Assembly: GCA_029243485.1 (NCBI GenBank)
Contig: JAQWRY010000021.1
Span: 118,531 to 182,530, forward strand
From: Candidatus Binatia bacterium
GTDB taxonomy: Bacteria; Desulfobacterota; Binatia; UBA12015
Length of the DNA stretch: 64,000 nt
Direction: 5' to 3'
The notes beneath the pieces were generated by a model that worked only from the letters and a program-made list of their open reading frames with translations, was not told the DNA's origin and did no database searches. The translations under genes were made by a program, and so were the position numbers. Of this stretch, positions 46,979 to 57,700 are shown piece by piece. Each line of letters opens with the position of its first letter. Within the stretch, counting starts at the first letter, position 1.

Positions 46979-48046
46979 ATGCCACCGACACAAGCGCCCC
47001 CGTCCAGCGACGAAATACCGGAGATCGACGTCACGCCGCTTTTCGGCGACCGTGGGTCCGCCCGAGACGAGATCGACCGCAAGATCTGCGAAGCGGCGTC
47101 CCGCGTCGGATTCATGACGATTGCCGGAGCGCCGCTCGGCGACGACGCCGGCAGGCAGGCGCGAGACTCACTGCTGCGGCTCTTCCGGCTCCCCGAAGGC
47201 GAGCGGCGAAAGCTCTGGAAGAAGAATTTCGCCCCGGAGAACCCGAACCTCTATCGCGGCTGGTTTCCACTTGAGTCTGCCGAGCCGCGGAGCCGGGAGG
47301 GCTTCGAGATCGGGCCGGACGTGGTTCGGGAGCTTCCGGACTCGGACGACGATCTTCTCTTCGAGCCCTCCGTGTTTCCGCCAGAGGAACAGATTCCGGG
47401 TTGGCGGCGGGACGCCGTTGCGTACTACCGAGCGATGGAGTCGATCGGCTACGCCCTCCTCGCGTCGATCTCACGCGGGATCGGCATTTCGGAGGACATC
47501 TTCCGCGGCGCGTTCGACGACGGAATCTCGACGCTGCGCCTTCTGCGCTACCCCGGCCGCCCAGCGGGCGAACCTCTCGCGCCCGAGCTCGAGAAATACT
47601 TCATGAGGTGGGCAGGCGAGCGCGTCGAAGTCGTTTGCGGTGGCCATGTGGACTCGGGGCTCGTGACGATTCTCGCCCAATGCGACGCGGCCGGCCTCCA
47701 GGCCCGAACCGACGACGGTCACTGGATCGACGTACCCCCGACCGAGAACGGGCTCATCATCAACTTTGGTGGTCTACTGGCTCGCTGGACCGGCGGTCGT
47801 GTGCGCGCGACGATGCACCGCGTGTTGTCCTCGGGCACGGAGCGCTTCTCGATTCCGTTCTTCTTCGAGCCTCGTCCGAACACGGTGATTGCGCCGCTCC
47901 CACTCGATGGGATCGAACCCTTCGCGCCATTCCAGTTCGGGGATTACCTCTGGGCGACCACGACGAAGTTCCCCGAAAACCACGGTTTGGGCCATCTGAG
48001 GCCGGCCCGCGCGCCGTACCGCGACCCGTTCGAGAAGCAGAGCTGA
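46979..48046 (+). CDS. 2-oxoglutarate/Fe(II)-dependent oxygenase (isopenicillin-N-synthase-like)
   Basis: 355 aa. EIPEIDVTPLF..., GFMTIAG, ...GGHVDSGLVTILAQ... (His/Asp facial triad region), RATMHRVLSSGTERFSIPFFFEP. Confidence 0.8.
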   Translation: MPPTQAPPSSDEIPEIDVTPLFGDRGSARDEIDRKICEAASRVGFMTIAGAPLGDDAGRQARDSLLRLFRLPEGERRKLWKKNFAPENPNLYRGWFPLESAEPRSREGFEIGPDVVRELPDSDDDLLFEPSVFPPEEQIPGWRRDAVAYYRAMESIGYALLASISRGIGISEDIFRGAFDDGISTLRLLRYPGRPAGEPLAPELEKYFMRWAGERVEVVCGGHVDSGLVTILAQCDAAGLQARTDDGHWIDVPPTENGLIINFGGLLARWTGGRVRATMHRVLSSGTERFSIPFFFEPRPNTVIAPLPLDGIEPFAPFQFGDYLWATTTKFPENHGLGHLRPARAPYRDPFEKQS

Positions 48047-48162
48047 ACGCACCCTGGAACCCGCACCCCGATCACCCCTCACGCGCAGCGACGGCCGCCG
48101 CAGTCGCGGCCCAACCCCCACGGTAGACTTGTTCCCGCTCGACCCGCATTGCATGGTGCAGC

Positions 48163-49014
48163 ATGCCGATCCCGTGGCTGCGGCACCGTCTTTTTCGTTG
48201 GGGTGCGGACTACCTCACGAAGCCGCTCGGCGAGCACCGAGGGCCAACGTGGCACGACCCCGATATCCTTCGGCAGACACTTCGCCCCGGAGACATCGTC
48301 CTTGTCGAAGGGGACCAGCGAGTGAGCGAGATCATCAAGTTTCTCACGCAGAGCTCGTGGTCTCACGCTGCCATCTACGTCGGCGACGCTCTCCAGAACC
48401 GATCCCCGGAGCAACGAGCCAGCCTCGAAGGAGGGGTCGAGGCCGACACGGCGCACATGGTCATCGAGGCGCTCCTCGAGGAGGGCGTGACTGCGAACCC
48501 CATCGCGAAGTACACGGACTTCAACCTACGCATCTGCCGTCCTCTCGGCCTCCAAGCGGAAGACCTCGCGAAGATTGTCTCCGAGATCAGTGGGCAGATG
48601 GGATCACGCTACAACGTCCGTCACGTCTTCGATCTCGCGCGCTACTTCTTCCCCGTGAGCCTCATCCCGCGGCGCTTCCGCCGCACGGCCCTCGAGTTGG
48701 GAAGCGACCTCACCCACGAAGTGATCTGCTCGACTCTCATCGCCCAGGCCTTCCAGAACGTGGGCTTCCCAATCCGCCCGACGATCACGCCCGACGGGGC
48801 GGCCCCGCCCTCGCCGTGGTACACGCGGCTCGTCCGACGACGGACTCCGTACCCCGCTCGGTTTCGCCACAAGCGCACGAGCCTCGTCACCCCGCGGGAC
48901 TTCGACCTCTCGCCCTACTTCGAGATCATCAAGCCCAACCTCGTCGCAGCGGAGGCGTTCGACTACCGTCGCATCCGATGGGACGACATCGGCAAAGAGT
49001 CGGAACCGGGCTGA
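48163..49014 (+). CDS. permuted papain-like (C92/YiiX-like) hydrolase
   Basis: LRPGDIVLVEGDQRVSEIIKFLTQSSWSHAAIYVG and a downstream ...HEVICSTLIAQAF Cys region fit the YaeF/YiiX permuted NlpC/P60 pattern. Assignment made by eye only. Confidence 0.55.
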   Translation: MPIPWLRHRLFRWGADYLTKPLGEHRGPTWHDPDILRQTLRPGDIVLVEGDQRVSEIIKFLTQSSWSHAAIYVGDALQNRSPEQRASLEGGVEADTAHMVIEALLEEGVTANPIAKYTDFNLRICRPLGLQAEDLAKIVSEISGQMGSRYNVRHVFDLARYFFPVSLIPRRFRRTALELGSDLTHEVICSTLIAQAFQNVGFPIRPTITPDGAAPPSPWYTRLVRRRTPYPARFRHKRTSLVTPRDFDLSPYFEIIKPNLVAAEAFDYRRIRWDDIGKESEPG

Positions 49015-49024
49015 AGGCCCACCG

Positions 49025-49765
49025 TCACTCGTACTGAACGGCGTCTAGGAACAAGCCCGAGGCCGGAGCAGTCCCCGGGGCCACCTTCCGGTCGCACGCT
49101 GCGAGCAGCGCACGCAGATCTTCGGGCTTCGTGCGACCCTCGCCCACTTTCACGATCGCGCGCACGAGGTTCCGCACCATCTTGTAGAGGAAGCCGTCGG
49201 CCTCGAAGACGATCGAGATCCGCTCGAGATCGTGGCTGAGCGTCACCCGCTTCAGGTTGCGGCGCGTCGACTTCTGTTTGTAGTTCGTCTTCGTCGCGAA
49301 GGTCGCGAAATCACGTTCTCCGACGAGTTCTGCGCAAGCGGCGCGCATCGGATCGACCGCGAGCGGGCCCGGAATGTGCCACACCCGTCCCTTCATCTGG
49401 CCCGGACACTTCGGCGCGTTCCAGATCTCGTATCGGTAGATCTTACCGATCGAGGCCGTCCGGGCGTGAAAACCCTCATCCGCTTGCTCGATGTCCAGAA
49501 TGCGGACCGCGGGAACGAGAGCCAGGTCGAGCGCGCGCTTCGTCTCAGCGAGGTCCGGCTCGCCGGGCAGATCGGCGTTGAAGACCTGGCCCTGCGCGTG
49601 GGCGCCACCGTCCGTCCGACCGGAGCCGAAGATGGCGACCGGAGATCCGAAAACCCCGGAGAGCGCCTCCTCAATGGCCCCCTGGATCGTCGCCTTGTTC
49701 TGGTGGCGCTGCCAGCCGGAGAACTCCCTGCCGTCGTATCGGACTGTGAACTTGTGGTTGGACAT
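49025..49765 (-). CDS. truA: tRNA pseudouridine(38-40) synthase TruA
   Basis: 246 aa. VRYDGREFSGWQRH..., catalytic GSGRTDGGAHAQGQV, ...FLYKMVRNLV. Confidence 0.9.
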   Translation of the reverse strand: MSNHKFTVRYDGREFSGWQRHQNKATIQGAIEEALSGVFGSPVAIFGSGRTDGGAHAQGQVFNADLPGEPDLAETKRALDLALVPAVRILDIEQADEGFHARTASIGKIYRYEIWNAPKCPGQMKGRVWHIPGPLAVDPMRAACAELVGERDFATFATKTNYKQKSTRRNLKRVTLSHDLERISIVFEADGFLYKMVRNLVRAIVKVGEGRTKPEDLRALLAACDRKVAPGTAPASGLFLDAVQYE

Positions 49766-49812
49766 GAAGGCGGAACCCTAGCTGATGCGACGGGCCTTTT
49801 GTGCCATAGCCC

Positions 49813-50559
49813 ATGGGCCGGAGCACGCGCAGCCCGATGCAGAGACGTAGCCTAGACCGCATCCTGAACTCCCAGGGGTTCGGCACCCGACGGGAATGCC
49901 GAGCGCTCGTACGCCGCGGGCTCGTGACGGCCGACGGCCGACCCGCGAGGGACGATGCAGCGGAGTACGAGATGGAAGATCTCGAGATCGCCGTAGAGGG
50001 CGTGATGACCTGGCGCTGTCGCGAGCGGCTCAACCTCGCCCTGCACAAGCCGCAGGGCTACGAGTGCTCTCGCAGCCCGTCGCACCATCCAAGTATCCTC
50101 AGCCTCCTTCCCGCACCGTTCGTCACTCGCGGGGTTCAGCCCATCGGCCGACTCGATTAGAACACTTCCGGGCTGCTCCTGCTGTCCGACGACGGTGGCT
50201 TCAACCACACCATCTCCTCTCCGAAGCGACACATCCCTAAGACCTACGTCGCGACGACGCGCGCACCGGCAACCGCCGACCTCGCAGCCGCGCTACGCGA
50301 CGGCGTGCTTCTCCGTGGCGAGACCGAGCCGAACGCGGCGCTCGACTGCGCGGTCGTCGGAACCCACCGGCTCGAGCTTCGGATTGATCAAGGCAAGTAC
50401 CATCAGGTGAAGAGGATGCTGGCGGCCGCGGGAGCGGAGTGTGTGGCGCTCGAACGAACTGCGATCGGGAACCTCACACTCGCCGCGCTTGGGCTCGAGT
50501 CCGCGCAGTGGTGCGTACTCGGCGCCGCCGAAATCCGGCTTCTGGCCCCGGAGGTCTGA
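49813..50559 (+). pseudogene. rsuA: RsuA-family pseudouridine synthase with one in-frame TAG in the catalytic GRLD motif
   Basis: S4 domain LDRILNSQGFGTRRECRALVRRGLVT...LHKPQGYECS...IGRLD*NTSGLLLLSDDGGFNHTISSPKRHIPKTYVA...GKYHQVKRMLAAAG. ORFs 49813..50160 and 50305..50559 share one frame. TAG at 50158..50160. No other lesion seen. Confidence 0.7.
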
Positions 50560-51328
50560 TTCAACCCTCGAGCGCCGGGCGAGTCTCTTCCGGCGCCGTG
50601 CCGGCTACCGGCGGGTACCAAATCGGCACCGTCGCCAATGCTCGGCGCCTCGCCCAGTCCCTCTTGACGGTCCACCCCCAAGCGCAGGCTCTCGTCGACG
50701 GGCAAGAAGCGACCGGCGACCAGATCCTCGTGGCCGGCCGACGCACTCCATCTGGGCTTCCTCGCGAACTTCGATTGGTGACCGAACCGACACGGGCTCG
50801 ATTGGTTTGCTCGCCAGATGCTCCCGAAATTCGCGTTGATGGTGCAGCCGCCGCCCAGGCAACAGTGAGAGGAACGTTACACCCGGGCCGGAGAGCTTTC
50901 GATGCGCAGCAAACAGACGAGCAACGGCACGCCAGAGCAGCCCCCGCAGGTCCCACCGCGACGAAGGAATCAATCGCGCCACCCCGCAGCCACCACGGGC
51001 TCGCTCGGAGTACACAGAGCCCTGTAATGAAGAACACATCTCAGATGTTCAAGACGACCGTCATCGGCAGCCAGCTCTTCCTCATTCCTCTCGCCGTGGT
51101 CATCGTCGTCGTCGGCAAGGTCGTCGTGGTGATGAGGACGGCCAAGGGCAATGCCGAAGTCTACCGCCCCGGGACGATCACAAGCCCGCGTTCGTGGTCG
51201 AGGACGGGAGCTACGCCTCGGCCCGCTGGCCGGGGGACAGCTATCTCTTTGCGCAGAGGTATGTGGAACTGCTGGAGCGAGCGCTCAGAGCCGCGCCAGC
51301 GAACACACCGGGCGTCTAGCGCGGCGCG

Positions 51329-52186
51329 CTAGCCCTCCCCCGACTCCACGTCGAAGTCCGCGTACGGATTGCTGGGATTGCGGTCGGCCGCGATGTCCGC
51401 GGCGCGCGCGCCGGCGCGCGCCGCCGTGCCGGGGTGGGTAAACACCCAGAACCGGTCCTCGCGAATTGCTTCAACGACCTTGTCGGCGACATCGGACGGC
51501 TGGATGCCCATGCTGACCAGGGTCTCGCGCAGGAAGCCCATCACGGCCACGTCCTTGGGGTTCTCCGGAGCGCCGTCGTCGCGGTTGCGCTCGGAGTGGA
51601 AGATCCCGGTCCGCACGAGATTCGGGCAGACGACCGAGACGCCGACGGGCGTGCTTTCGAGCTCGCGGTACAGCGACTCGGTAAGACCAACCACCGCGTG
51701 CTTGCTCGCACAATACATCCCAAGCGAGTCGTTCGTCATGAGCCCCGCTTCGGAAGCCGTGTTGACGATGTGCCCCTCGCCCGCCTCGACCATCAAGGGC
51801 CCGAATGTGCTAACTCCATGCGCGACGCCGAGCACGTTCACGTCCATCACCCAACGCCAGTCTTCGGGTTTTGTATCGAGCATCTTGCCGCCGGGAGCGA
51901 CGCCGGCGTTGTTGCAGAGAACGTGGACGGCGCCAAATCGCGCGAGGGTTCGATCGGCGAGTGCCGCGACCTCCTCCGGCTTGCGAACATCGGTGGCAAC
52001 CGCAAGAACCCGCTCGCCCGACTCGTCCAGCAGACCAGCCTGCTCCTCGAGAGCACCGGCCTCAACGTCGGCCATCACGACGTTCATGCCTTCGGCGAGA
52101 AACCGCTTTGACAGCGCGAGCCCGATACCGCTCGCGGCACCGGTGACCACGGCGACCTTCTTCGTCAGTTCGCGCATGAGGCCCAC
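51329..52186 (-). CDS. SDR-family oxidoreductase
   Basis: KKVAVVTGAASGIGLALSKRFLAEGMNVVMADV, NNAGV, YCASKHAV catalytic motif; 285 aa. Confidence 0.85.
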   Translation of the reverse strand: MGLMRELTKKVAVVTGAASGIGLALSKRFLAEGMNVVMADVEAGALEEQAGLLDESGERVLAVATDVRKPEEVAALADRTLARFGAVHVLCNNAGVAPGGKMLDTKPEDWRWVMDVNVLGVAHGVSTFGPLMVEAGEGHIVNTASEAGLMTNDSLGMYCASKHAVVGLTESLYRELESTPVGVSVVCPNLVRTGIFHSERNRDDGAPENPKDVAVMGFLRETLVSMGIQPSDVADKVVEAIREDRFWVFTHPGTAARAGARAADIAADRNPSNPYADFDVESGEG

Positions 52187-52189
52187 CGC

Positions 52190-52564
52190 CTAGACTGAGA
52201 AACGCGTCTCGAGATACTGGTCGATCGCGCTCGACTCGTAGAGCCAGCGCACGGCACCCTCCTCCTCGATCCGCAGGCACGGGACCTTGGGCGAGCCGCC
52301 CTCACGGAGAAGCTCCTCCCGCCAGGTCTCGTTGCGCTTTACGTCACGGGTCTCGATCGGCAGGATCAGACGCTTCATCTGGCGGCGAACCTTCACGCAG
52401 AACGGGCAGGCGAGGAATTGGTACAGCTTGAGGCTCTCGACTTCCGAATCGACGGTCGCCTGCTGGGCGGCCTCGCGGGTTACCGGCGTGGGCTGAAAGA
52501 CCTTGTCCCACAGGAGGATGATAGGGCCGAGGAAGGCCCGGATCGCGCGCATGAGGTACTTCAT
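52190..52564 (-). CDS. glutaredoxin-family protein with N-terminal hydrophobic segment
   Basis: LKLYQFLACPFCVKVRRQM has a CPFC active site. ...KVPCLRIEEEG...ESSAIDQYL is the glutaredoxin fold. 124 aa. Confidence 0.7.
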   Translation of the reverse strand: MKYLMRAIRAFLGPIILLWDKVFQPTPVTREAAQQATVDSEVESLKLYQFLACPFCVKVRRQMKRLILPIETRDVKRNETWREELLREGGSPKVPCLRIEEEGAVRWLYESSAIDQYLETRFSV

Positions 52565-53107
52565 CCATTCATCTCTACCATCCCGCGCCGAAGAGAATCA
52601 CCTTCGATTCTGCCGACCGGCCTTTTCAGCCCAGAAATCGTCCGGTCGACCCGGGGCCGGCTTGCCACGGAGGGGTCGGGCCGGCCGATGTGCCGGGAGG
52701 GAGTGCTCCGAGGAGCACTCTCTAGCCTGCCAACGGTCAGAAATCGCAGACCTCGATCTCACAACTCAGAGGATTGCAGTCCTCCCCGAGCGGGTCGCAC
52801 GCTCACTCCTGCGGGCACGTCCTCGGAGCCTCGCAGGTGTACGGCGAAAACTAGGATGTAGACACATGACTTCCTCCCATGGGGGCTCGGCGGGCGACAG
52901 GACGACCGCGGGTTGTAGATCCGCGGTGAACTGCACAAGCGCGATGCCAGGGAGGTGAGGAGAGAAAATTCCTACGCTATTCGACGAATCGCGCGCCGCG
53001 CCGCTAAGTCGGATTGGCGTCGAGCTGTGGCCGTCGGAAAGTTTACTTGTCGCACCTTTATGCGATGTGGGGCCGTGCGAATGTATCCGCGGACGGCGCC
53101 TACCGCA

Positions 53108-54709
53108 TCACCAGAGAGGCCAGGACCAACCGGTCGGATCTTTCTCTTCGGCCTCGCCGATCTGCTCGTCCTGATCGACCGTGTCGAGCAGATCGCCCCA
53201 GTTCGTGCGCTGTTTCATCTCGGCACTCATCTCGGTCGGCACGAACGGCTGCCCGTCTCGCAGCTCCCAACCACCACCCAGTGCCTTGTAGACCGCGATG
53301 AGCTCCACACCGATCGATCCACGCGTCACGACCAGCAGCTCCTGTGACCGGAGGAGCGCACGCTGAGCATCGAGAACGCGGATGTAGTCCGACTCGCCCT
53401 CCTTGTATCGCAATTCCGAGAGTCGAACGGCGCGCTGGGCCGCCACCGTCCCCTCGGTGAGGTACCCCACCTGGGCGGTCGCACCGAGGTACCCGGCGAT
53501 CGAGTTCTCGACCTCCTGCTGGGCCAGAAGAACCGTGTTCTCGTACGCGACGATCTGCTCTTGGAAGAGAGCGTCCTGCACGCGAACGTTGTTCCGAATC
53601 TGGCCGTAGTTGAGGATGTTCCACCGCAACGACGGACCACCAAACGCCTCAAGGCTATTCCCCTCCCAGATTTGCCCGAAGCTGTTCGCAGCGAGACCGA
53701 TCTGCCCGACCAGTGAGAGACTCGGGTACAGATCGCCCAACGCAACACCAATGCGCGCGCTCTGCGCCGCAACGGCCCGCTCCGCCCGCCGGATGTCCGG
53801 CCGCCGGCGCAGCAGGTCTGCGGGGATTCCGACGACCAACTTCTGTGACGTCGCCGGAATCGGCTTCGGAGCGCCGAGGAGGTCCCCAAGGGCCTGCGGC
53901 GGCATTCCGAGAAGGACAGCCAGTGAGTTCTGCGCCTGCTCCAGATTTGCCTGGAGCCCCGGAATCGAGGCCTGCGTCTCACGCAGTAGGGTCTTCGCCT
54001 GGACGACATCGAGCTCGCTGACGAACCCGTTGTCGAAACGCCCCTGCGCGATCTGAAGACTGCGCGCCTGGATCGACTCATTCGTTCGCGCGACGACGAG
54101 GAGCTCCTGCAGAGTCCGAACGCCGATGTAGGTCACCGCGACTTCGGAGACCAGAGAAACGAGAACATCATCGTATGTGGCAAGTGCCGCGACCAGCTCG
54201 GCATCCGCCGACTCGACGTTGCGACGGAAGCGGCCCCAGAGATCGACTTCCCATGCAGCGTCGAAGCCGAGCCCCCAGGTGCTGAAGCCGCTGCCGATCA
54301 CCTGCGAGAGATCTTGCAACTGGTTCTCGCTGAGCTTGGTCCGCTGATAACCGAAGCCAGCGCTCTGCGATTGGGGGAAGAGACCGCCGATCGCGACACC
54401 GCGCCGTGCCTGCGCCTGCACGATGCGCAGACCGGCGATCCGAAGCGACCGGTTCTCCCGGTAGGCCTTCTCGACCAACTGATCCAGCGTGGGATCGCCG
54501 AAGGATTTCCACCACGCCGCGTAGTCCAACGCCTCCGCCTCGGCCTGCCCCTGTTCGCCGGTCTTCACCTCGACATGGGCGTCGGGCCGCACCTTCCAAT
54601 CGGGCGCAACCGGCGCGTCCGGCTTCACGAAATCCGGCCCGATCATCGGACAACCCGCGAGCAACAGCGCCCCGAGCGCGAACGCGCCCTGCTTGATCGA
54701 TTGAATCAT
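53108..54709 (-). CDS. RND efflux outer-membrane factor lipoprotein (NodT family)
   Basis: MIQSIKQGAFALGALLLAGCPMIGPDF lipobox. Two OEP-type repeats. The start overlaps the RND pump stop (ATGA). Confidence 0.85.
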   Translation of the reverse strand: MIQSIKQGAFALGALLLAGCPMIGPDFVKPDAPVAPDWKVRPDAHVEVKTGEQGQAEAEALDYAAWWKSFGDPTLDQLVEKAYRENRSLRIAGLRIVQAQARRGVAIGGLFPQSQSAGFGYQRTKLSENQLQDLSQVIGSGFSTWGLGFDAAWEVDLWGRFRRNVESADAELVAALATYDDVLVSLVSEVAVTYIGVRTLQELLVVARTNESIQARSLQIAQGRFDNGFVSELDVVQAKTLLRETQASIPGLQANLEQAQNSLAVLLGMPPQALGDLLGAPKPIPATSQKLVVGIPADLLRRRPDIRRAERAVAAQSARIGVALGDLYPSLSLVGQIGLAANSFGQIWEGNSLEAFGGPSLRWNILNYGQIRNNVRVQDALFQEQIVAYENTVLLAQQEVENSIAGYLGATAQVGYLTEGTVAAQRAVRLSELRYKEGESDYIRVLDAQRALLRSQELLVVTRGSIGVELIAVYKALGGGWELRDGQPFVPTEMSAEMKQRTNWGDLLDTVDQDEQIGEAEEKDPTGWSWPLW

Positions 54710-57700
54710 GTGGCCTCCGGCGCAGATGCGCGGAAGAAGATCGAGTAGAGGACCGGGATCACCACCATCGTGAGCACAGTTGCGAACATCAGACCGAAGA
54801 CGATCGTGACCGCCATCGAGATGAAGAAGTCGTCGAGGAAGAGCGGCATCATGCCGAGCGCGGTCGTGAGAGCGGCCATGGCCACCGGACGGAGTCGCGA
54901 GACGCCGGAGTCGAGAATGGCCTGATAGGTCTCCAAACCATTTCGGCGCTGCAGATCGATTTCGTCGATCAGCACGATCGCGTTCTTCACCAACATGCCG
55001 GAGAGGCTCATGAAGCCGAGCAAAGACATGAACCCGAAAGGCTGGCCCGTCACGAGGAGTCCCAGCGTGACCCCGATCAGGGCTAGGGGAACCATGAGCC
55101 AGATGATCAGCGGCTGGCGCAGCGCATTGAACAACCCGATCACGATCAGAACCATCATCACGAAGAACATGGGCAAGCTCGCCGCAATCCCATTCTTCGC
55201 CTTATTCCCGTCGCGATATTCACCCCACCACTCGATCGAATAGCCGGGCGGGAAGTCCAGCGCGTCCACCTCCCCCTTGATGCGAGCCAAGTACGTCTCG
55301 GACGTCTCCCCGATCGGCGGGTCGGCATGGATGGTGATCGCGGGCCGACGGTGGAGCCTCCACACGATGTCGTCCTCGAAGACCGTCTTGAAACCAGAAA
55401 TGACTTGCCGCAGCGGAATGTACCCCTGCGCGGGCGGGCTCCAGATCTGCAAGTAATTGACCGTCTGCACGTCGAGCCTATCCGGCTCCGGAGAACGAAC
55501 GAAGATCGGCAGAAGCTCGTCGCCGTCCCGATAGACACCGATGCGCTCACCGGCGAAGCCCGACAGGAGGATCGCAGCGACGTCCGTCCGCGTAATCCCG
55601 GCCCGCTCGGCCTCTTCCTCTGCGATAACCGGGCGAACGACCTTCACGCGCTGACGCCAGTCGTTGCGCACGCCAACGCCCGCACCCTTCTCCATGAGAA
55701 CCTCGGCCTGGGCCGCGAGACCGCGAAGCACCACCTTGTCCGGCCCCATGATGCGCGCCTGGATGCGCCCACCGGACCCGGGGCCGAGACGGAATTTCTT
55801 GGTGTAGCCCATCCCGTCGATGTTCCTAGCGATGAAATCCTCGATCTGTGGGAGCATCGCATCGATCTTCGCGTAGTCGTCGACGTCGACCAGGAACTGT
55901 ACGTAGGCCGAGTTGTCCTTCTCCGGATCGTAGGTCAGCAGGAAGCGCATCGCGCCGCCCCCGATCAGGGTGCTCACGTGCGTCACGCCGTCGAGGTCGC
56001 GAATGTAGTTCTCGAGCTTCGCCGAACGCTCCTCCGTCTCCTCGATGAAGATGCCCTGCGGGAAGAACATGTCGACCATGAACTGGGGTCGCGTCGAGTT
56101 CGGGAAGAAGCTCTGATCGACGAATCCGAAGCCGTAGAGCGAAAGCGCGAACAGAAAAACGACCACGCTGACGGTCACCCACCGGAAGCGGATGCAGCCG
56201 GCTACCACGGCGCGATAGCCGCTGTAGAACGCGCCCCCGTAGGGGTCGCGGCCGGCGTCGGCACCCCCGGCTTCGGCAACCGGGAGGAACATCACACACA
56301 GAATCGGCGTGGCCGTCACCGCCGTCACCCAGGAGAGCCCCAAAGAGAGGAACACAACCTGGAACAGCGTGCGGCAGTACTCACCGGTGGAGTCCTGCGA
56401 CAAGCCGATCGCCGCGAAGGCCATGATCGCAACAGCAGTCGCACCGAGAAGGGGGATGCTCTGCTGACCGATGACCGCCAGCGCCGCGCTCTCGCCCTCC
56501 TCTCCTTTTTGCATCCGAACCAACATCCCGTCGACTACGACGATCGCGTTGTCGACGAGCATCCCGAGCGCGATGATCAGCGCACCGAGCGAGATCCGCT
56601 CGAGGGCCACATTCCAGGGCCCCATGAAGATGAACGTTGCAGCGATCGTGAGAACGAGGACGAAGCCAATGATGCCGGCACTTCGCCAGCCCATGAAGAA
56701 CAGCAGAACACCAACGACGATCGCGACGGCCTCAAGCAGATTCAGCATGAAGCCGTCGATCGCCGTGGTCACCGCAGCGGACTGAAGCGAGATGATCCCC
56801 ACCTCGATCCCGAGCGGGATCTGCCCCTGAAGCTCATCGATTCGCTTCTCGAGCCCAGCCCCCATGTTCACGACGTTGCCGCCGAGAACGGTCGAAATTC
56901 CGAGCCCGATTCCCCGCTCCCCGTCGTACCGCAGGATCTTGCGGGGCGGCTCGACATACCCACGGCGCACGGTCGCGACGTCGCGGAGATAGATCTGCTC
57001 GTCGGCCCCTTCCTCGCTGATCAAGAGATTCTCGAACTGCGCGACGGTCAGGAACTCTCCGGTCGGTCGAATGGCGACGTAGTCCGGAAGGACTTCCACC
57101 CTGCCCGCATCGCTGACCACGTTCTTGGCGCGCAGTTTCTCTGCAATCTGGGTTGGACGGATGCCCAGTTGCGACATTCGCTCGCGGTTCGGTTCGACGT
57201 AGACCGCCTCGTCCCACACGCCCCAGAAGTCGATCTTCGCGACGTCGTCGACGAGCAGCAGCTCGCGCTGCAGGAACTTCGCCACCTCTTTCAACTCGGC
57301 GAACGAGTACTCGGCGCCGTAGATCGCGACGAAGACGCCGTAGACGTCGCCGAAGTCGTCCCTGACGACCGACGGGCCGGCGCCGGGCGGGAGCTGCCCC
57401 TGGACGTCGCCCACCTTTCGACGCAGCTCGTCCCAGACCTGCGGCAGGCGTTCCTTATCGAACGCGTCCTTGATGCGGAGCTTGATCTCGGACCGGCCGC
57501 GGTAGTTGGTCGACTCGATCCAATCGAGCTGGCTCAACTGCTGGATGGCTTTCTCGACCTTGTCGGTGACCTCCCGCTCGACCTCTTCGGGAGAAGCGCC
57601 CGGATACCGCGTCACGACGACGGCGTCCTTGATGGTGAATTCCGGATCCTCGTAGCGCGCAAGGCTGTTGAACGAGAAGTAGCCGGCGATCAACACCACG

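Noticed and set aside
52880-53107. tmRNA- or tRNA-like features: a GGGGGCTCGG... 5' end, a T-arm-like ACCGCGG-GTTGTAGAT-CCGCGGT, and ...CACCA near 53105.
   Set aside because: The loop lacks the invariant TTC(R)A T-loop pattern. No acceptor pairing can be drawn. No tag reading frame ends in a hydrophobic ...AA-stop. The CACCA belongs to the end of the efflux OMF gene.
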